Notes under the pieces: generated by a model
What the model saw: only the letters and a program-made list of their open reading frames with translations
Told to the model about the DNA's origin: nothing
The model's database searches: none
Part shown: positions 16,431 to 20,588 of the stretch, piece by piece
How the letters are laid out: each line of letters starts with the position of its first letter
Numbering within the stretch: position 1 is the stretch's first letter
Made by a program: the position numbers and the translations under genes
DNA from: Paramicrosporidium saccamoebae KSL3
Taxonomy: Eukaryota; Fungi; Cryptomycota
Assembly (NCBI GenBank): GCA_002794465.1
Contig: MTSL01000128.1
Span: 1 to 20,588 of the forward strand
Length of the DNA stretch: 20,588 nt
Direction of reading: 5' to 3'

Positions 16431-18677
16431 ATGAAGGTTCCTACTGCGTCTATTATTGCGCTTGCGGCGTGTTTGCTGAGCACTGTTAGTGCAGTCATCG
16501 ATAGCGAAACCCACTATGTCTTGCAAATCAGCGGGAGTGGCAACTATGAAGTGGTTCCTAAACAACCGAGTGCTGCCGATTGTAAGACACCGGCTGCCAA
16601 CTTGAATGCTAATCCATCGTTTATTTGCCTTGACCAGAAACACTTTCTGAAGGGTGAGCACTTTAAAGACGTCAAGTTGAGCGATGCCGTTCTATCACTG
16701 TTGTTCCAATATGCCTCGGGCAATGATAGTGATGCGAATTCTCAAGTGAACAAAGATCTCTTGGCTAAGGTCGCCGGTAACATTGGAAAGGACGTTGACG
16801 TGACTTATGGCCAAGCGCTAGGCCAGTGGTACCCATATCTGCCGGCCAGTTTCTTCTCAAGCCGCAAAGGAGATGTATCCGCTCTCCTCAAGGCGGCCCA
16901 AAACAAAGGTCAATTGAAGGCTATGCTCAACAAATTGGACGCTTCACTTGTAAAAGAGTCAAAGGAAGAAATCTTTACCCAAATGAAGGCCCGCCAGTTA
17001 GAGATGAAGAGTTTGGATGACAAGATTCAGGTGGCCCTGTTAAATGAAGCCGAGGGATGCGTGGCACTAGAGGCGGAACAGCTCTCTGGCTTTGACTCTA
17101 ACAGTTTTACCAAGCTTACCCATGGCTGTCTCTCGGCCATAAGCGACATTTCAACCTATTCCCACTGGAATGTTGGGATCCGTAGCATTCCTTCGACGGT
17201 CTTCAATAACGACATCGAACTGCACGCCGATGCATACAAGTACATGACTGTGAAACAAATTTCCGCGTTGGGCAAAACCGACCCAGATAAGAATGAAAGC
17301 TGCAAACACGTTCCGCTTGGGCACTACCTCCAGGGAAATGGTGCCGAGATGACCCCCAAATGCTTCGCCGCTGCGCTAAAGGGATATATACCTGGGACTG
17401 ACCCGCTCGGGAAGACTTTCAACTTTCTCCCCGCCAACATCCTCTCAGAGGTCACTGAGAATGATCTTGTGCTTAAGCTTGATGCGGAATGGCCATACAT
17501 CTCTGTTGAGCAGAAGAAGCATCTCTTTGAGGGGAAAAAATGTGCCGATGTTTCCGCAAAGGCGCTTCACTTCCACAACCACTTTGCCATTTCTCAGGAA
17601 TGCTTTGAGGAGCTGCCGAGTGAAAGCAAGCCGCTAGCAGTCATCCATGCCGATTTGCCGGACACGGCCTTGGCAGATGTCGACGCTAGTGAAGTTGCCA
17701 AGTGGGAGGTGGGAGACCACAAGGGCTTAATGGTCCTTGAGGTTGCCTCTGAGCGTCCCAACATTGGTAAGCTATTGGAACATGCAAGCACCAAAGTCAA
17801 TGGCGAACATATATGCGCGCTCGTGGAAGATGCTGATGAGCTCAAGGCTCTCCCAGTCATCCAAGAATATGGGACCAAGGCATGCTTTGAAGCTATGCAG
17901 TACAAGGTGACGTTGAATGATCTCAAAAAGTTCGCCCCGAATGTCGAAAAGGTCATTTCGGTTGAGGCGCTCATCAAGGACCTGGATCCCGAAACGGGCT
18001 ACAAGGACTTGAGCCCCAAGACCCTCGGAAGACTGGCCAAGGTTAGCACCATCTGCTCGGCCATGACCCTTCCGATCTTCAACGGACTCTCTGATGAGAC
18101 GCACCGAAAATTCCCAGCTGAATGTATGAGCCAACTGAATTTCTTGGGCGATATCCCAAAGGACACCATGACCAAGATTAACAAGGAGGCCTTTGCCAAC
18201 CTGACAGCTGACATGGTTGCCAAGATCCCAGCTGATCATCTTACCGAAGAGCAGTTTGGAATGGCTGGTTCCGGAGTCAGTGACTCGAAAAAGCATCCAG
18301 CCAGCCTGTGGACTAATGCGACTATGGCGAAATTCACTTCTAGCAATGTACGATACGTTCATGCGTCAGCGTGGAAGGCTGCCCCTGCTGACGCCTACTC
18401 GGGCTTATCAGAGCACGCTTTCGGCTCCATTGAGCCCAAGGACATGGAAGAGATGACTCATGAGCAGATTAGCCAAGTTTCCGAGGCAGCTCGTCTCAAG
18501 CTCACTGTGGAGCAGGCCAAACATTTGGGTCTCAAGGTCACTGATGGCACCCACCCACTGACTTCGATTGCCTCTCTCAAGGGCCTTTCCGAATCGGTCA
18601 GCAAGGCAGTTCAGACGCGCATGGCAGCCACTCCGGCAGCACCAGCAGACGCTCCTCCCTCAGAGGAAAAAAAGTAG
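16431..18677 (+). CDS. Large secreted Cys-containing helical-repeat protein, paralog B (748 aa), unknown family
   Basis: Signal peptide MKVPTASIIALAACLLSTVSA and no transmembrane segment. Shared blocks with paralog A: CFEELP/CFDELD, KHPASLWT/KHPATQWT, PADAYSGLS/PPAAYDGIS. Confidence 0.88.
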   Translation: MKVPTASIIALAACLLSTVSAVIDSETHYVLQISGSGNYEVVPKQPSAADCKTPAANLNANPSFICLDQKHFLKGEHFKDVKLSDAVLSLLFQYASGNDSDANSQVNKDLLAKVAGNIGKDVDVTYGQALGQWYPYLPASFFSSRKGDVSALLKAAQNKGQLKAMLNKLDASLVKESKEEIFTQMKARQLEMKSLDDKIQVALLNEAEGCVALEAEQLSGFDSNSFTKLTHGCLSAISDISTYSHWNVGIRSIPSTVFNNDIELHADAYKYMTVKQISALGKTDPDKNESCKHVPLGHYLQGNGAEMTPKCFAAALKGYIPGTDPLGKTFNFLPANILSEVTENDLVLKLDAEWPYISVEQKKHLFEGKKCADVSAKALHFHNHFAISQECFEELPSESKPLAVIHADLPDTALADVDASEVAKWEVGDHKGLMVLEVASERPNIGKLLEHASTKVNGEHICALVEDADELKALPVIQEYGTKACFEAMQYKVTLNDLKKFAPNVEKVISVEALIKDLDPETGYKDLSPKTLGRLAKVSTICSAMTLPIFNGLSDETHRKFPAECMSQLNFLGDIPKDTMTKINKEAFANLTADMVAKIPADHLTEEQFGMAGSGVSDSKKHPASLWTNATMAKFTSSNVRYVHASAWKAAPADAYSGLSEHAFGSIEPKDMEEMTHEQISQVSEAARLKLTVEQAKHLGLKVTDGTHPLTSIASLKGLSESVSKAVQTRMAATPAAPADAPPSEEKK

Positions 18678-18855
18678 ATGCATGAGTGCGTATTGTATCA
18701 TAGAATGGGCTTGTAACTAAGTAAATAAAGACAAGGGCTGAAATTTATCAAGTGTGGCGCGTGGTAATCTATCAAGTTATTAGGTTAGCAAGTTACCAAG
18801 TTGAGAGGGTATTGGGTCATTATTAAATTTGATCCAACATCATGCAGTTAAGGAT

Positions 18856-18875
18856 GGGGTCGGGTTGGGATCGGG
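18856..18875 (+). other. Canonical G-quadruplex-forming motif GGGG-TC-GGG-TT-GGG-ATC-GGG
   Basis: Four G3+ tracts with 2-3 nt loops in an otherwise AT-rich convergent intergenic region. Folding is not demonstrated. Confidence 0.55.
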
Positions 18876-18902
18876 ACCCGTCCGGCAATTGACAACACTC
18901 GT

Positions 18903-19412
18903 TTAAAGAAGAGACTTGATTAGAGTGTTCATGCAGTTAGGATTCGATTTAAACAATGCAGTGGGTTTAAAGATGAGAGAATCAGTCAGAACGACTGGAA
19001 GGTTTTCGACATTGGCGACTAGAACACAACCCATCTTTTGTAGACAGTGAGCCAATTCTTGTTGATGATTATCCATCAAATCTTCATTTGGGACCAGAAT
19101 GAGCTTGGGGATGCGACGAGCGGCATTGTCAAAGATGGGCCCACGTAGTACATCCAGGACAGTACCGCTGCCGGCATGGCCAATGACAATATCGGCTGTC
19201 TGGATGCGGCTCTCCATGTCCGAGATGTAAGTTTCTGGACGAACCTTGGCCGCTGAATGAGTCATCTCGCTGGGGATAGGGGATTGTCCGTGTTGGAGTA
19301 TTATCTCAACAACACCTACATGCTCAGCTGCAGCTTGAAACTCTTTCGAGTAGATTCGGGTTACGAGCGCATCGAAGCGGGTGGTTCCGACCGTAACTAA
19401 CAGTACTGTCAT
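18903..19412 (-). CDS. ALG13: UDP-N-acetylglucosamine transferase subunit Alg13 (GT28 C-terminal family)
   Basis: MTVLLVTVGTTRFDAL, LQHGQS, ADIVIGHAGSGTVLD and KLILVPNEDLMDNHQQELA. ATG at 19412. Confidence 0.93.
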   Translation of the reverse strand: MTVLLVTVGTTRFDALVTRIYSKEFQAAAEHVGVVEIILQHGQSPIPSEMTHSAAKVRPETYISDMESRIQTADIVIGHAGSGTVLDVLRGPIFDNAARRIPKLILVPNEDLMDNHQQELAHCLQKMGCVLVANVENLPVVLTDSLIFKPTALFKSNPNCMNTLIKSLL

Positions 19413-19437
19413 GTCACTGCAAGGGTCAGTTGTCTGA
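19413..19437. promoter_or_regulatory. 25-bp spacer between divergent ALG13 and JJJ1 start codons
   Basis: CAT(19410-19412) gtcactgcaagggtcagttgtctga ATG(19438). Regulatory role is inferred from position only. Confidence 0.55.
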
Positions 19438-20588
19438 ATGGGAAACACTAGCAGTAGTGGGGGGAATACAACAAAAGCCGTGGCTACAAAGCAGAAATGT
19501 TATTATGAGCTGCTGGGTGTTTTGCAGGATGCGACTGGTGACGAGCTCAAGAAGGCATATCGACAAAAGGCGCTTCTCATGCATCCAGACAAGAATCCAC
19601 ACCGACTGGAGGAGGCGCACCACGAGTTTGCCGCAGTGCAAGCCGCCTATGAAGTGCTGAGCGACCCACAAGAGCGTGCATTCTACGACCGACATCGCTC
19701 ATCCATCCTGTCGCAGCACCGTCGAAGGGAGGATGACGATGCACCCGACCTGGACGACCTTGTCAAATACTTTAATACAGACGTATATGAGGGCTTTGGA
19801 GACGGTCCCAAGGGCTTCTTTACTGTCTATCGCCAACTGTTTGAGTTTCTGGAAGAGTTTGAAGCGGAGGAAGAGCTGGACCGACATGGCCACGACTACC
19901 AGCGTGGACGTCAAACTGGCCCTAAAGCAACATATACTTCGTTTGGGAGCAAAAACGCTCCCTACGAGCCAATGGTTCGACAGTTTTATGACAAATGGCT
20001 CCATTTCATCTCCAACCGCACCTTTGACGAGGGCGACCGCTATCAGCCCACTTATGGCGACAATCGTCGGATGCGACGTGCCATGCACAAGGAAAACAGT
20101 AAAGAACGCGACCGACAACGACGCGAATTTAGCGACACAGTGCGTGAACTCGCTGCCTTTGTACGGAAACGCGACCCGCGCTACGTTGCTTTTCAACAAA
20201 ACATTAAAGAGAAAAGGGAACGGGAGGAGAAGGAGCGAAAGGAACGTGACCGAGTGCGTCGTCAAGAGGAAGCAGCCTCGTTTGTGGAGCAGGACTGGAA
20301 TGCCGTCGGCTTGGAGCAGCTTGTGCGAGCTCTCGATGAAAGCGACGATGACAGTGAAGAGACTGATGTTGAGATTGAGGAAGAATTTTACTGTGCTCCG
20401 TGTCGAAAACTGTTTCGAAATCATGGACAATGGAAAAGCCATGAAAAGAGCAAGAAGCATAAGCAAACTCTCTATTCTCTAGGATTTGATATTGACAAAG
20501 AGACGGAGCGGGAGGTAGAGGAGGGAATGGATGAGGCGGTATCAAGGGAGACTGAGCAAGAGGTTGATTCAAATGCGACGATATCAAG
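19438..20588 (+). CDS. JJJ1: J-domain/C2H2 zinc-finger 60S biogenesis co-chaperone Jjj1/DNAJC21 (3' end beyond window; absent from ORF track)
   Basis: My translation gives MGNTSSSGGNTTKAVATKQKCYYELLGV...KKAYRQKALLMHPDKNP...AYEVLSDPQERAFYDRHR, then FYDKW, RRMRRAMHKEN, VRELAAFVRKRDPR and the zinc finger FYCAPCRKLFRNHGQWKSHEKSKKH. The frame is open to the window end. Confidence 0.93.
   Translation, partial: MGNTSSSGGNTTKAVATKQKCYYELLGVLQDATGDELKKAYRQKALLMHPDKNPHRLEEAHHEFAAVQAAYEVLSDPQERAFYDRHRSSILSQHRRREDDDAPDLDDLVKYFNTDVYEGFGDGPKGFFTVYRQLFEFLEEFEAEEELDRHGHDYQRGRQTGPKATYTSFGSKNAPYEPMVRQFYDKWLHFISNRTFDEGDRYQPTYGDNRRMRRAMHKENSKERDRQRREFSDTVRELAAFVRKRDPRYVAFQQNIKEKREREEKERKERDRVRRQEEAASFVEQDWNAVGLEQLVRALDESDDDSEETDVEIEEEFYCAPCRKLFRNHGQWKSHEKSKKHKQTLYSLGFDIDKETEREVEEGMDEAVSRETEQEVDSNATIS

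Noticed and set aside
17772-18362. 196-aa minus-strand ORF and other antisense ORFs inside the long genes (e.g. 2889..3395, 11718..12122, 12915..13340)
   Set aside because: They are antisense shadows of well-supported coding frames with no independent signal.
19676-20482. 268-aa plus-strand and 255-aa minus-strand (19699..20466) ORFs
   Set aside because: Both are shadows of the JJJ1 frame. The E/K/R/D-rich coding sequence suppresses stops in the other frames, and neither product has recognisable motifs.
1-20588. Prokaryotic operon, defence island or mobile element
   Set aside because: The genes are eukaryote-specific (exosome Rrp41, Pol III RPC4, Alg13, Jjj1) and contain spliceosomal introns. 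I saw no transposase, reverse transcriptase, integrase or terminal repeats.

Overview
Eukaryotic nuclear DNA from a very compact, gene-dense, fungus-like genome that still has mitochondria. My best guess is a Rozellomycota/Paramicrosporidium-like intracellular parasite; this is inference from gene content, compaction and tiny introns, not a database match. Conserved housekeeping genes: presequence protease Cym1/PreP, TMEM120, mitochondrial uL2, Pol III subunit RPC4, exosome RRP41, ADCK1-type kinase, ALG13 and the 5' part of JJJ1/DNAJC21. They are interleaved with lineage-specific genes: a membrane-anchored S33-like alpha/beta hydrolase, an 86-aa secreted acidic protein, and two paralogous ~750-aa Cys-rich secreted proteins flanking ADCK1. 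Main observations: (1) two head-to-head housekeeping gene pairs have start codons only 23 and 25 bp apart, and both spacers carry a central GGGT/ACCC; (2) the large secreted paralogs form a family I do not recognise, ending in an 8-residue repeat region; (3) 25-36 nt spliceosomal introns complete TMEM120 and reveal a spliced coiled-coil gene that the ORF track misses; (4) two tandem-repeat arrays lie between convergent 3' ends. No rRNA, tRNA, CRISPR array or transposon could be supported. All spliced models and family assignments come from reading motifs by eye and need RNA-seq and HMM confirmation.
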